DNA of 63,498 nucleotides, the filler included. It is 9 parts of 9 records of this genome, joined end to end, with 100 filler letters (N's around TTAATTAATTAA, not from the genome) between each part and the next. Parts side by side here need not be neighbours in the genome. Positions count along the whole stretch, not along the records: positions 29,043 to 36,552 come from SRR31147125_57826; positions 36,653 to 43,491 come from SRR31147125_57831; positions 43,592 to 48,802 come from SRR31147125_57840; 6 more parts are not named here. One strand, 5' to 3'. Both the position numbers and the translations under genes were made by a program. A model generated the notes under the pieces. That model worked only from the letters and a program-made list of their open reading frames with translations. It did not search any database and had not been told where the DNA came from. This document shows positions 32,251 to 44,979 of this stretch, piece after piece (within the stretch, counting starts at the first letter, position 1; every line of letters starts with the position of its first letter).

Positions 32251-33381
32251 ATGAAAAGGAGACACATTTTGAAAATTGCATTTGTAACTGGTGGTGGTGA
32301 TTGTGCTGGTATTAATTCAGCTATTGCGAGATCTATATTACAAGGAGCAACAAAATACAATGATACATTCATAGGTGTACAAAAAGCCTTTGAAGGTCTG
32401 GCAGCAGATAATATTGAAGATTATGTTATTGAACTTGATTCTCATAAAGCAACCGAAATATTTGATTCTCCGAGTACCATTCTTGGCTCTTCCCGTTTTG
32501 CTCCCTTTACAAAAGAAAACAGCTCTTGGGCAGCAGATAAAATATTAGCAAACCTGAAAAAACTCAAAATTGATGCCATCATAGCAACAGGTGGTAATGA
32601 TACAGTCGCTTCAGCACTTGGAGTGCATAAAATAAATTTTCCGATTATTGCCATACCGAAAAGTATTGATAATGATATCAGTAAAACAGATTGGATGCTC
32701 GGTGCACATACGGCGATTGATTTCGCGGCAACGGCCTTTAAAAGCACGTCTGTATCTGCTGAAACACATGCCCGTATATCTGTGAATGAGGTTATGGGTA
32801 GAAAAGCGGGTTGGCTCGCCTTTTTTGCAGGTATGGCAAGCGGCGCTGACATCATTCTTGTACCTGAAAAACCCTTTGAATTGGGTAAGCTAATTCAAAA
32901 AGTTAAAGATTTATATACCCGAAAGGGTTATGCCAATCTCGTCGTCTCAGAGGGCACTAATTTCAGACAGGATGACCCAGAATACCAGAAAGCAATCGGA
33001 GAAAATGTAAAAGACAATATCCTGAAAGCAATGCTTTCTGAGGAACCGGAATTCGATCCACATGGCAACATTAAATTAGGTGGCGCCGGATTAATTATCC
33101 AACGTATTTTAGCCCAGGGATTGGGATTAGGCCTTAGCCGTGTGAGACAATCCAATGTGGGTTTTGCGTTACGTGGTTTATCACCCAATGCTTTTGATAT
33201 TAATCTTGGACAACGATTCGGTCGAAAAGCCATCGAACTGTTACACAATGGCGACTCGGGTCTTATGGTTGGTATAAAAGGCCTGAATATTGTAGAGGTA
33301 CCCATGGCAGATGCACTACCACAATTCACATTGAATTCTATGGATGAAAAAGAACTGAAAGATTTGGGCGTCTTTTTCTAA
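32251..33381 (+). CDS. 6-phosphofructokinase, PPi-type signature
   Basis: TGGGDCAGIN, GGNDT, PKSIDND, EVMGRKAGW. Confidence 0.88.
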   Translation: MKRRHILKIAFVTGGGDCAGINSAIARSILQGATKYNDTFIGVQKAFEGLAADNIEDYVIELDSHKATEIFDSPSTILGSSRFAPFTKENSSWAADKILANLKKLKIDAIIATGGNDTVASALGVHKINFPIIAIPKSIDNDISKTDWMLGAHTAIDFAATAFKSTSVSAETHARISVNEVMGRKAGWLAFFAGMASGADIILVPEKPFELGKLIQKVKDLYTRKGYANLVVSEGTNFRQDDPEYQKAIGENVKDNILKAMLSEEPEFDPHGNIKLGGAGLIIQRILAQGLGLGLSRVRQSNVGFALRGLSPNAFDINLGQRFGRKAIELLHNGDSGLMVGIKGLNIVEVPMADALPQFTLNSMDEKELKDLGVFF

Positions 33382-33413
33382 TATCTAAATATGTAAATTC
33401 TGTTGTATGATTA

Positions 33414-33445
33414 GCTGCGGAAGCAAATATATTGTTTTCCGCAGC
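33414..33445 (+). terminator. hairpin/terminator after pfk
   Basis: GCTGCGGAAGCAA-loop-TTGTTTTCCGCAGC. Confidence 0.55.
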
Positions 33446-33696
33446 ATTCTTTACGTTTTTGTATAATCACATTATCACATTGTATACAAATTTAAAAGGT
33501 CTTATCCGGATTTCATTTCGTTCCAGCTTGATATAAAATTTATAAAAAAAATGACCATATTCTCTATTTGCCTTTGAAATCAGTATCATTTTCAATCCTT
33601 GATCCTTTCATGACCATTGAAACACACTCGGTATCCAATTATGTTAACAAAAACCATCTTTTTTAAAGGCGTCTGATACAACGACTAACTCAAAAT

Positions 33697-34008
33697 AGGA
33701 ATAAGCATATTGTCATCATTGGAAGGTCAAGCACTGATATGATTTTAAAAGTACCCGGAATTCCCAAACCAGGTGAAACTATAATGAGCGGGACTTTTAA
33801 CACAGCACCCGGCGGTAAAGGAGCCAATCAGGCTGTGACATTGTCCGAAAACCATAGCTTGACAGATGCTGTCTGTTTTGCAAATACAGCAGCAGCTCTG
33901 TCCGTAACTCGTTTTGGTGCACAACCATCCATTCCTTTTCGTAGCCAGGTGGATGAATTTATTAAACACATTCAAAAAGGAGTAAACAATGGCAAAACAA
34001 CAAAGTAA
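33697..34008 (+). pseudogene. rbsK: ribokinase remnant with a large in-frame internal deletion
   Basis: N-terminal IVIIG.SSTDMILKV..IPKPGETI...PGGKGANQAV fused directly to C-terminal AVCFANTAAALSVTRFGAQPSIP; AGG in place of the expected ATG at 33697. Confidence 0.8.
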
Positions 34009-34468
34009 ATTGATGCCTGCTGTTTGGGGAGGTCTCTTGATTGGTGTTATTAGTGGTGTCCCCGTCTTAAATTTTATCAATTGTGCATGTTGTGCCGGTG
34101 TTATTGCCGGAGGTATCCTGGCCGTTTATATCTATCGTAATAACATAGACCCAACAGAACCCCTGATCATGGGAGATGGTGCTGTTCTGGGTTTGCTTGC
34201 CGGTGTGTTTGGAGCCGTCATTGGTTCAATTCTGGACGGCCTGTTCGGTGTTATGACATACGATTTCATGCTTAAAGCATCAGAATACATTGATGATCCT
34301 GAGCTAAGAGGAATTCTTGAATCCGTTGATCCCAAAATCATGGGACCCGGTATTTTCATTCTCGGATTTCTTTTCCATTTGGTCATTGATTGTGTCTTTG
34401 GATTATTGGGCGGTTTGTTAGGAGTCGCACTTTTTGGTAAAACAGGTCAAGAAGAGGAAAGTGAGTGA
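33989..34468 (+). CDS. Gly-rich integral membrane protein
   Basis: About four hydrophobic segments, NCACC motif, RBS AAGGAG. Confidence 0.7.
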   Translation: MAKQQSKLMPAVWGGLLIGVISGVPVLNFINCACCAGVIAGGILAVYIYRNNIDPTEPLIMGDGAVLGLLAGVFGAVIGSILDGLFGVMTYDFMLKASEYIDDPELRGILESVDPKIMGPGIFILGFLFHLVIDCVFGLLGGLLGVALFGKTGQEEESE

Positions 34469-34512
34469 ATTTTTTAAGACTTTATCCTTTTATACAATAA
34501 GAGGTTTTTAAT

Positions 34513-35925
34513 ATGAACAAGTACATGTCCAGGAGACATTTTGTTAAAACAGGAGCCTTTTCCCTCGGAGCTCTCTCTATGGGCACACGACTAAATGCAT
34601 CACCTTTACAAACAGAACAGGATAAACCAAACATTTTGTTCATTTTGACTGACGATCAACGCTGGGACGCTATGGGCTGCGCCGGGAATCCGATTATTCA
34701 AACTCCCAACATGGACAAACTTGGCCAAAATGGTATTCGTTTTGAACACGCATTCGTTACCTCTCCAGTCAGTGCTGCGAGTCGAGCAAGCATTTTCAGC
34801 AGTCTTCATGAACGATCTCACGGCTTTACATTTGGGACACCACCTCTGGCAGATCCCTATACCCGTATGAGTTATCCCAGCCTGTTGAAACAGGCTGGTT
34901 ACCAGACAGGATTTGTAGGCAAGTTCGGGATACAAGTTCATCAGGGTGCAAAAAAAGACATGTTTGACTATTTTAAATCCCTGGGCCGTAATCCCTACTT
35001 TAAAGAAAGAGCCGGAAAACAGAAACATTTGACGGATGTGACAGCTGAGTATGCTATTCAATTCATTCGTAATAACAACCGGGACAAACCGTTTTGCCTG
35101 TCCATCAGCTTTAATGCGCCCCATGCGGAAGACAAAGATCCGAACCAATATTATTGGCCGGAATCATGCGATCATCTATATAAAGATGTAAAGATTCCGG
35201 AACCCGTCTTATCAAGCCCATCATTTTTTAAATCGCAACCCAATTTCCTTCAGAATTCACTAAATCGTGTTCGATGGAATTGGCGATTCGATACACCCGA
35301 CAAATACCAATCCATGGTTAAAGGGTATTATCGCATGATAAGCGGTGTAGATCAGGCCATCGGCAGGATAAGAGATGAACTTGAAAAGCAGGGACTTGAT
35401 AAAAAAACCATAATTATATTTATGAGCGACAACGGTTACTTTTTGGGAGAACGGGGCTTTGCCGGGAAATGGTTAATGCATGATTTTTCAATTCGCGTGC
35501 CATTAATCATTTTTGATCCCCGAATATCCAAAACCACTCAACGTATCGTACCTCAACAAATGGTTTCAAATCTGGATATCGCCCCAACAATCCTTGATTT
35601 GGCAGGTGTTCAAATTCCGCATTTCTGGCAGGGGCAAAGCCTTTTACCACTCCTGCAGGATCCTCTGGTTAATTGGCGAACAGAACTATTTTGTGAGCAT
35701 CTCTACAATCATGAACAAATCCCTCAGAGTGAAGCCATTCGGACAGATCGCTGGAAATATATTCGTTATCCCAAACATCTGAATGCGGAAGAGTTGTATG
35801 ATCTCAGGAAAGATCCTTTTGAAGAAACAAATCTGGCTGGTCATCACAGGCATAAACAGAAACTATTAGAATGTCGTCAACTTTGTGATGAAAAGATTCA
35901 GCTGTATTCTGAAAATGTACCATAA
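34513..35925 (+). CDS. Tat-exported sulfatase (Ser-type)
   Basis: SRRHFVK Tat motif, PNILFILTDDQR, SAASRAS active-site region, GFVGK, NAPH, SDNG, GKW. Confidence 0.9.
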   Translation: MNKYMSRRHFVKTGAFSLGALSMGTRLNASPLQTEQDKPNILFILTDDQRWDAMGCAGNPIIQTPNMDKLGQNGIRFEHAFVTSPVSAASRASIFSSLHERSHGFTFGTPPLADPYTRMSYPSLLKQAGYQTGFVGKFGIQVHQGAKKDMFDYFKSLGRNPYFKERAGKQKHLTDVTAEYAIQFIRNNNRDKPFCLSISFNAPHAEDKDPNQYYWPESCDHLYKDVKIPEPVLSSPSFFKSQPNFLQNSLNRVRWNWRFDTPDKYQSMVKGYYRMISGVDQAIGRIRDELEKQGLDKKTIIIFMSDNGYFLGERGFAGKWLMHDFSIRVPLIIFDPRISKTTQRIVPQQMVSNLDIAPTILDLAGVQIPHFWQGQSLLPLLQDPLVNWRTELFCEHLYNHEQIPQSEAIRTDRWKYIRYPKHLNAEELYDLRKDPFEETNLAGHHRHKQKLLECRQLCDEKIQLYSENVP

Positions 35926-36027
35926 CCATAAAAAATGAGCAATGATCCGTCTTTAAATCAAAGACTTTTTGATAATGCTCAGTAATCAATATAAATATTT
36001 TTATTTTTCGTATCACGTTTATGATTA

Positions 36028-36552
36028 ATGATGTCATTAAATACCTCACAAAAAAATGAACCGGTTTCTTCAACGGAATTAGCAAAAACTTGTTTAAAAA
36101 CAAACCATATCAGTGAGCAGATAGCAACACAAGTTATTCTTCCACTACTTAAAAAGGACCCACGAATACAGCAATCAAAGGATGGATTGTGGTTTTTATT
36201 AAAAGGGAATAAGAGAGAGTCAAATAACTTTTCAGATCAACATTTTGCGCTATTAAAATGTTTTCCTTGCCGGGTTTCCAATTGGCGGGAGTGGCATGCT
36301 ATAACGTTGTCAATTCTTAATAAAAATCACATTCAAAAACATTTATGGGAATTCAAACATCCGGACCGTACGAAATCTTCTCACCTCTTAAAGGCGGTCC
36401 AGGAAATCCTTACGACCATCGGTGATAATCCTGTTGTTATGGACGGTTTTGGCAATCAACTTTCGATGTTTCGTAATGCGTCATTTCAGGTAATGTATAC
36501 GGAACTTGAAAATGACATTATTTCCCTAAAACGGATATGTCAATTACTTTTT
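36028..36552 (+). CDS. hypothetical protein, 3' truncated
   Basis: Open frame running to the spacer; no family recognised. Confidence 0.45.
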
Positions 36553-36652
36553 NNNNNNNNNNNNNNNNNNNNNNNNNNNNNNNNNNNNNNNNNNNNTTAA
36601 TTAATTAANNNNNNNNNNNNNNNNNNNNNNNNNNNNNNNNNNNNNNNNNNNN
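36553..36652. other. artificial contig spacer
   Basis: N44-TTAATTAATTAA-N44. Confidence 0.99.
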
Positions 36653-37435
36653 AAAAAAAGCCTATTAGATTATGGTTATAAAAGCATACAAGTTGTTTTA
36701 ATAAATGATACAGTAGGGGTTGCTTATTCGATGATGCAAGAATCAGCTAAATTTTCAAGTTGCATTGGTGTTGTTATGGGTACGGGTGTAAATAGCACAT
36801 ATGCAGAAGATTGCAAAAAAATTAACAAGATCAGCGATGCAAATAGTGACAGTATGTTTATCAATATCGAATCTGGCGATTATATTCCAAGCTTTGTGAG
36901 TGAATTTGACAGAGAATATATTGAAACAACACAAAACCCAAATGCCGCAGTTATGGAGAAAATGGTATCCGGTAGGTATCTTGGGAATTTATTTCATTTT
37001 ATTATAAAAAAAGGTTGCGAATACAAGCTGTTTTCGGAACAATTTGTTCGAAACATTTATAAATACGAAAACATTGATACGCAAGAGATGAGCAAATTTT
37101 ATTCTGATATCAATGCAGATTGTATATATGCTAGAGCATGTGAAACACAAAGGGATATTGAAACATTATACTTTATGTGCAAAAAGCTTATTTGCAGGGC
37201 TGCATATTTGATTGCGGTACAGATCATTGCAATTTCAAAAAAGACAGTAAAAAAGGATGACAAACCGATATGTTGTATTGTTGAGGGTACAACATATTTT
37301 AGATTAAAAGGATTTGGACAAATGGTAAAATCTATCGTAGATAGAAATTCTAAAGAGCTTGATATAAAAATATACAGTGTTAAAAATGCTGCATTAAAAG
37401 GTATTGGAAATATTGGGATTAGCATGATTAAATAA
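36653..37435 (+). CDS. hexokinase family protein, 5' truncated
   Basis: In-frame VLINDTVG, VMGTGVNS.Y, INIESG, EKMVSGRYLG, VEGT. Confidence 0.85.
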   Translation, partial: KKSLLDYGYKSIQVVLINDTVGVAYSMMQESAKFSSCIGVVMGTGVNSTYAEDCKKINKISDANSDSMFINIESGDYIPSFVSEFDREYIETTQNPNAAVMEKMVSGRYLGNLFHFIIKKGCEYKLFSEQFVRNIYKYENIDTQEMSKFYSDINADCIYARACETQRDIETLYFMCKKLICRAAYLIAVQIIAISKKTVKKDDKPICCIVEGTTYFRLKGFGQMVKSIVDRNSKELDIKIYSVKNAALKGIGNIGISMIK

Positions 37436-37441
37436 ATATAG

Positions 37442-38788
37442 ATGGAGAATAAGATGAATACAGTAACGAGATTTGAAAAAGGCGTTTATGCTACTGGGAT
37501 TGCAGGACAGAACATTCTATACAATTTTATGTCTATGTATATTATGTTTTTCTTTACAGACCTTCTTGGTATAACCAGTAAAGTAGCAACTATCATAGTA
37601 GTTATCGCTAGCCTTTGGGATGCAGCAAACGATCCTCTTATGGGGTTGATTACAGATAAGACGAGTACAAAGTTTGGAAAATTCAGACCTTACCTAATTG
37701 GTGGTTCGGTTTTAATCTTTGTTACAACCATTCTATGCTTTACTAATTTTAATGCTTCAACTAGGGCAACGGTAATTATTGCGGCAATAGCATATATACT
37801 ATGGGGCATGAGTTATACGATGAGTGATATCCCAATATGGGCATTATCATCGGTTGCTTCAGATGAATCTAAAGAGAGAAATAGGATGATTGCCATTGGT
37901 AAAGTCGGTGGTACTATTGGCGTTGTTATATGCGTGATATTTTCTGTTAAATTATTAGGGCTATTTGGTGGAGAAAGGAATATAGATGCCTATTTTTACT
38001 CTGCAATCGTTGTTGGTGCAATAGCGGCTATATCTATTTTGTTTACAGGCATATTTGTAAAAGAACGTATAGCACCAGCCAAGAAAAAAATATCTATGAG
38101 AGAAAATATTAAGACGGTAACAGGAAATAAATCTCTTGTTTTTTTACTTGTAAGCTTATTTGTTATGAACTTAATAAACAGCATTAGGCAAGCTTCTCAG
38201 ATGTATTTTACTGTATACACATGGGGGAGTGCCGATTATGTTACAAGTGTAGGTATTTCGTTAGTTATTGGTATGCTGTTAGGTATTATGATATCTCCAA
38301 AATTAATAGATAAATTTGAAAAGAAATCTATACTAATCGTTGCTTGCGTTGCTGGCGCAATTGTAAGCGTTATGCCTTACTTTGCTTTAGATAATATTAT
38401 GTTGGGCTTGATTTTTTTAGGAATAAGCTTTGCGACAGTTGGCATTATGATTATAACGAGCACTTCTATGTTGCTTGATGCAATCGACTATTCAGAATGG
38501 AAACTTGGTTTTAGAGGAGAAGGGATTGTTTTTTCGCTCAATACCTTTGTTACTAAGTTAAGTGGTGCATTTGCAAAATTGATTTTGGGTATTGGATTAA
38601 TCGCCATTAAATACACCGATAATCAACCCATATCAAGATCGACGATATCCTGTTTTAGTGCACTTATGTATATTGTCCCTGCTGTTTGCTGTTTATTAAC
38701 GATTATTCCTTTGCTATTTTATAAAATAGATAATGAGATTATGGAAGAAGTTGAAACGGATATAAAAGCTAAGAGAGGTGAGTTATAA
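37442..38788 (+). CDS. GPH-family (MFS) sugar:cation symporter
   Basis: WDAANDPLMG.ITDKT.TKFGKFRPY, DAIDYSEWKLG.R.EG. Confidence 0.92.
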   Translation: MENKMNTVTRFEKGVYATGIAGQNILYNFMSMYIMFFFTDLLGITSKVATIIVVIASLWDAANDPLMGLITDKTSTKFGKFRPYLIGGSVLIFVTTILCFTNFNASTRATVIIAAIAYILWGMSYTMSDIPIWALSSVASDESKERNRMIAIGKVGGTIGVVICVIFSVKLLGLFGGERNIDAYFYSAIVVGAIAAISILFTGIFVKERIAPAKKKISMRENIKTVTGNKSLVFLLVSLFVMNLINSIRQASQMYFTVYTWGSADYVTSVGISLVIGMLLGIMISPKLIDKFEKKSILIVACVAGAIVSVMPYFALDNIMLGLIFLGISFATVGIMIITSTSMLLDAIDYSEWKLGFRGEGIVFSLNTFVTKLSGAFAKLILGIGLIAIKYTDNQPISRSTISCFSALMYIVPAVCCLLTIIPLLFYKIDNEIMEEVETDIKAKRGEL

Positions 38789-39540
38789 TGGAAATGATAT
38801 TAAACGCCATGCTAAAACCACCCAAATTAAATAAAATAAAAAAAGCGATTTGTATTCAACCGCACCCCGATGATAACGAAGTGGGTATGGGTGGTGTTAT
38901 TGCTGATTTAACATCAAAAGGATGTGAGGTTAGTTATATTACGGTTACAGATGGTTCTTTGGGTTTGCTAGATAATTCTATGACGCACGAGGAACTTGCT
39001 GTAGTGCGCAGAGAAGAAGCGGAGAAATCGGGCAGGTTTTTAGGCGTTGAAAACTATTATTTTTTAGATTATAAAGATGGAACACTTTTTGATATCAACA
39101 AATTGGCAGGCGAAATAGGAGAGATTATTAGAAAAGTTAAACCCGAGTTTATATTCTGCCCTGACCCATGGCTTAACTATGAAGCTCATCAAGACCATGT
39201 AATAACAGGAAAAGCGGCAGCGCAGAGTTTCATATCCACTTGGCTTTTAGAGTACCCGTTAGGAACTAAAACGCTTCCACATAAAGTGAAGGGGATTGGG
39301 TTTTATTATACCAGTAAGCCAAATACGATTGTTGATATAACAAAGACATTCGATTTAAAAATGAAAGCTATGGCTATGCATAAAACGCAGTTCGATAAAA
39401 AAACACTTACTCTATTTGGATTATACTTTAAACAAAAAGCAAAAAAAGCAGCTAAGGACGAAAAATTTAAATTAGGCTGCGAGCTAAAAATATTAGGAGA
39501 AAACCACTTGCATTGTTTCACAGATGCAGAATCTATATAA
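38788..39540 (+). CDS. PIG-L/LmbE family deacetylase
   Basis: QPHPDD, TDGS.G, RREEA, HQDH, H.TQF. Confidence 0.9.
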   Translation: MEMILNAMLKPPKLNKIKKAICIQPHPDDNEVGMGGVIADLTSKGCEVSYITVTDGSLGLLDNSMTHEELAVVRREEAEKSGRFLGVENYYFLDYKDGTLFDINKLAGEIGEIIRKVKPEFIFCPDPWLNYEAHQDHVITGKAAAQSFISTWLLEYPLGTKTLPHKVKGIGFYYTSKPNTIVDITKTFDLKMKAMAMHKTQFDKKTLTLFGLYFKQKAKKAAKDEKFKLGCELKILGENHLHCFTDAESI

Positions 39541-39723
39541 ATATGAAACTTAAATATTTATATAATACAATCTTTTAACTATACAGTTACAATAATAGCT
39601 TATTATAATATATATTAAAGTGCTTTATAGACTTGATATCATGTACCACTATGGAATATAATGGTTTAAATATGTGCGATTAATTCGGATTTTACACGCA
39701 CTATATCTAGATGGGAGACAATC

Positions 39724-42700
39724 ATGCTGAAGAGCATCAGTTTAAATAAGCAAGTTGAAAGAGCAAACATTAGTAAAGATGTCTTTGTTGGTAGAAAACA
39801 AGAGATAGATATAGTGAATAGAGCGTTTGACGAATTGTTAATTGGATCAACAGGTATGGTTACCATTTACGGTGCTGCTGGTATTGGTAAAACATACTTG
39901 GTTGAACATGCTATGAAGAACCTTAGTAAGAACACATTTTTATATGGAAAGAGCACACAGAGTCATGAGGCTGCCTTAGTCTCTATTTCCGATATTATCA
40001 ATCAAACAGTAGATAATATTATGACACTTCCTAAATCTGTTTATGATAATCTAGTATCTGATCTAAAAAGGATAGTCGGCGGAGATTTAGCCATATTAGT
40101 TGCGATCAGTTCTAAATTAGGAAGAGTTATTCCTGCCGGAAAAAACAGATATTGATGATTTAAGCAAACTAAAATACAGAGTGAAAAATGCATTATATAA
40201 GTATATTGACATTATGTCTAAATATTTTTTTCCTCTTGTAATTTATTTTGACGACCTGCAATGGGCAGACATGCTCAGCTTAGAAATTATCAAAACATTC
40301 ATTAGCAAAAAAGATATGCTTAATATATTGTTGATTATCTCCTATAGAGATAATGAAATTACTGAAGATGGAGTGGGAACCGTTGAGATGCTTTCGGAAA
40401 AATCAACGATGATCTCACTGCAAGAATTGTCATTTTCTTCTGTTGCCGAATATATCGATTCATTTTTCAATCACAATATTAATAACAGCGAACGATTAAC
40501 AAAATTAGTCTTTGGTCTAACATCAGGCAGTCCTTTTTTCGTGAACCAAATTATTAAAATTATGATTGATGATAAAATTATTGAGTATTCATCTAAGCGC
40601 AAGATATGGGAAGTGAATATAGACAAAATAAGCGATTACGCTGTGGACGAAAATATCGAATTGATTTTGAAGAATAAAATTATGCAAGAGCATAAGGCTG
40701 ATCGAGACATTTTGGGCATGATTGCGTGCGTGGGTGGTAGGGCACAATATGATGTTTTAAAGTTTATCTGCGAAGGTGACGAAAAAGATTTTTCAGTGCG
40801 TATAAAAAGATTAGTGGATTCTGGTCTTATTATAAGCTATTCACATTCGGATGATAAGCGGTCTTTGCTATTTTCTCATGATATTATATTTAAGCTTATT
40901 TACAGCCAAATTTCATCTGATCAAAAGGAAGCTCAGCATTACAAAATTGCCGAGATGATTATGGATGATTGTAGTTTGGATATGGGGAATAAAGAATCAT
41001 TTATTGCATCGCATCTTTTAAAGGCATCTAAAAAATCTGTTGAGGAAAATGCGGCGAAATGGGTTGATGTTTTATATAATGCAGGGATAGTAGAAAAACA
41101 AAAGGGATCAATTGATGAAGCGTTGGAAATTTTTGTTTTTTGTGAATCTATAACAACGTTTTATAAAGAATTGGATAGAAACTTTATACTAAATTTGCAA
41201 TTAGAACTTGCTGAATGTCTCTGTCTATGTAAAAAATATGAAGAATCAACTGCTATTGTTGAATTGTTGCTGAATGATTATACTGATAAAGAAGAGTTTA
41301 TAAAGATTAAAACAAAGCAACTTTATTTTTATCATTATAAGCGTGCGCACAAAGAAACGATTGAAACAGGAGAAATATTGCTAGAAGCGCTAGGGCTTAA
41401 GATGGGCAAAGCATATTTGCCTATAAACCTATTAAAGGCAACATTTATTTATACAACCAAAAAAATTAAACAGATAAAGACGACGCCAGTTGAAAAAGAT
41501 GAACACATTGCTATGATTATCAATATTCTTGTTATCATGAACTCGAGTGCATCGATTACCAACAGCGATATAAAGGCCTCGGTTGGGCTTTGCGCCGCGC
41601 TTATGGCCGCTAAGGATGGAGAATCGGCTAATGCGATGATGGGATACGCATCTTATGCTTATGTGCTTTTTATTATTTGGCATGACCTTAAAAAGACAGG
41701 CATGTTAGTGGAAGCTACTGCAAAGCTAGCCGAAAATTGTGAGGATAGCACAAGCAAAGCAGTTGTGTATTTTTTACTAGGAGCATTTTTAAACCATTGG
41801 TCGCATCCAATCGAAGAATCGGATTATTACCTTCAGCGAGGTATAGATTTTGGAGAGTTGACAGGGGATTTTCAGTTCCTTGCTTATTGTAATTCTTCCA
41901 GTTTAGATATTAAATCAAATATGGGTAAAAAACTATCGCTTACGCAAGAATATATAAAAAAGAGCAGAGGTTATTTTTCTGATATTGATCAATATGTTGC
42001 AACTTACAAGTTAAACGCGCACGAAGAGCATATTATGTCTTTAAAGTATGGCGCTACTAATTTAAATTTTGATTCGGTTAGTAAGCATTATGATAAACTA
42101 ACTCCACACGAAACGTTTATTGAGGAAGTTTTGGTATTACAAAGGCTTGTATTGTTTGGCGAATATCAAAAAGGGTATGATCTTGTCAGCCTACTTAATG
42201 CAAAAATTAAACGATCAGAGGGGCTGATCTTTAGAATGGATTTTATAACTTACGGAACAATTGTTGCGGCTCATATGCATGATTCGTTGGAAAAAGCGCA
42301 ACAAAAAGCTAACTTAAAGTTAATACTAAGATATTTAAAAGAGTTGAAATTTTATTCTGATGCACAGCATGATAACTTTTATAGTTTTTATAGGATAGCA
42401 TATGGTGAATACATGACGCACGTTAAAAAGTCGTCGGACACTATTGGAATTTATAGTGAGGGGATTGAGACAGCAAAGAAAAAAGGTAATCTTAAAATTC
42501 AGGCTTTAGGCAATTTATTAATTGCAAGGGGTAATAAAAACAACCAAAGCATGGCTATGTTTTTTGCCGATAAATCAGCTAAACTGCACCGAGAATGGGG
42601 TGCGGATTATATTGCGGATAAAATTGAAAAGGACTTTTTGATAGAAAAAAGAGTCATGATATATTCGAAAAATCTAATCCATCAGAAGAGATGATAGATA

Positions 42701-43410
42701 AAAGGATCCCAATTGCTCAGTTTTTTACAAGTGTAAAAGAAACAGACGAAGAAAGCACTGCAATGTTGTTTTTAGAAACAATCGCTAAGGCTGCTTCGCT
42801 TAAGTATTGTGCTATTGTATATGAAAAAGCAGAGGAGTTGTATTTAAAATATGAACTTAAAAGCGATACAGCAAAGCAAAACTATGCTGAATTAGTCAAT
42901 ATTAATCATGTATCTTATGTATCCCAAAGGATATTAAGATTTGTTCAACGAACAGGAAAACTGGTTAATTTTGAACCAACTAGTGAAAGATCAATATTTA
43001 ATAATGACAGTCATATTATTGATAATCCAGATTTGTATATTTCATGCATACCGATTGTGTTTCATGGTGTTTTTATTGGTCAGGTGTATTTAGAAAAGGA
43101 TGGATTACCTATAGAAGAGGACGATATGCAATATATCAATGGGCTGATACCATCGTTGATAATGAGCCAAGCAAAAATAAAGGATATTAAAATAAAGGAT
43201 TTATTTACGCCAAAAAGCACAGACAGTATTTTGACAAAAAGAGAGACCACTATTTTAAAACTAGTTGCACAAGGTCTTTCTAATGAAGATGTAAGTATAA
43301 AACTCAATATAACGCTTGGTACAGTAAAAAGGCACATGAGCAATATTTTCCATAAGCTTGATACCGATAATCGGATTAAAGCGATTGTTGTTGCTAAAGA
43401 AAAAATCTAA
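39724..43410 (+). CDS. large AAA(STAND)-TPR-GAF-LuxR regulator, split by two frameshifts
   Basis: FVGRKQE, GAAGIGKT, FDDLQWAD, GSPFF, F.HD, WGA, GAF-like segment, LTKRE...GLSN...GTVKRHMSNIFHKL; breaks at A6 runs 40140-40145 and 42645-42650. Confidence 0.82.
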
Positions 43411-43433
43411 TATAATTTTATAGTAAATATTTT

Positions 43434-43469
43434 AAGAGAAGATACGTATTTTTGTATCTTCTCTTTTTT
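43434..43469 (+). terminator. intrinsic terminator
   Basis: AAGAGAAGATAC-8nt-GTATCTTCTCTT followed by a T run. Confidence 0.7.
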
Positions 43470-43491
43470 ATAAAAGATACAACTTTAGATA

Positions 43492-43591
43492 NNNNNNNNN
43501 NNNNNNNNNNNNNNNNNNNNNNNNNNNNNNNNNNNTTAATTAATTAANNNNNNNNNNNNNNNNNNNNNNNNNNNNNNNNNNNNNNNNNNNN
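43492..43591. other. artificial contig spacer
   Basis: N44-TTAATTAATTAA-N44. Confidence 0.99.
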
Positions 43592-44956
<1,365 letters not shown>

Positions 44957-44979
44957 TTATCATATACATAAATTATTTA

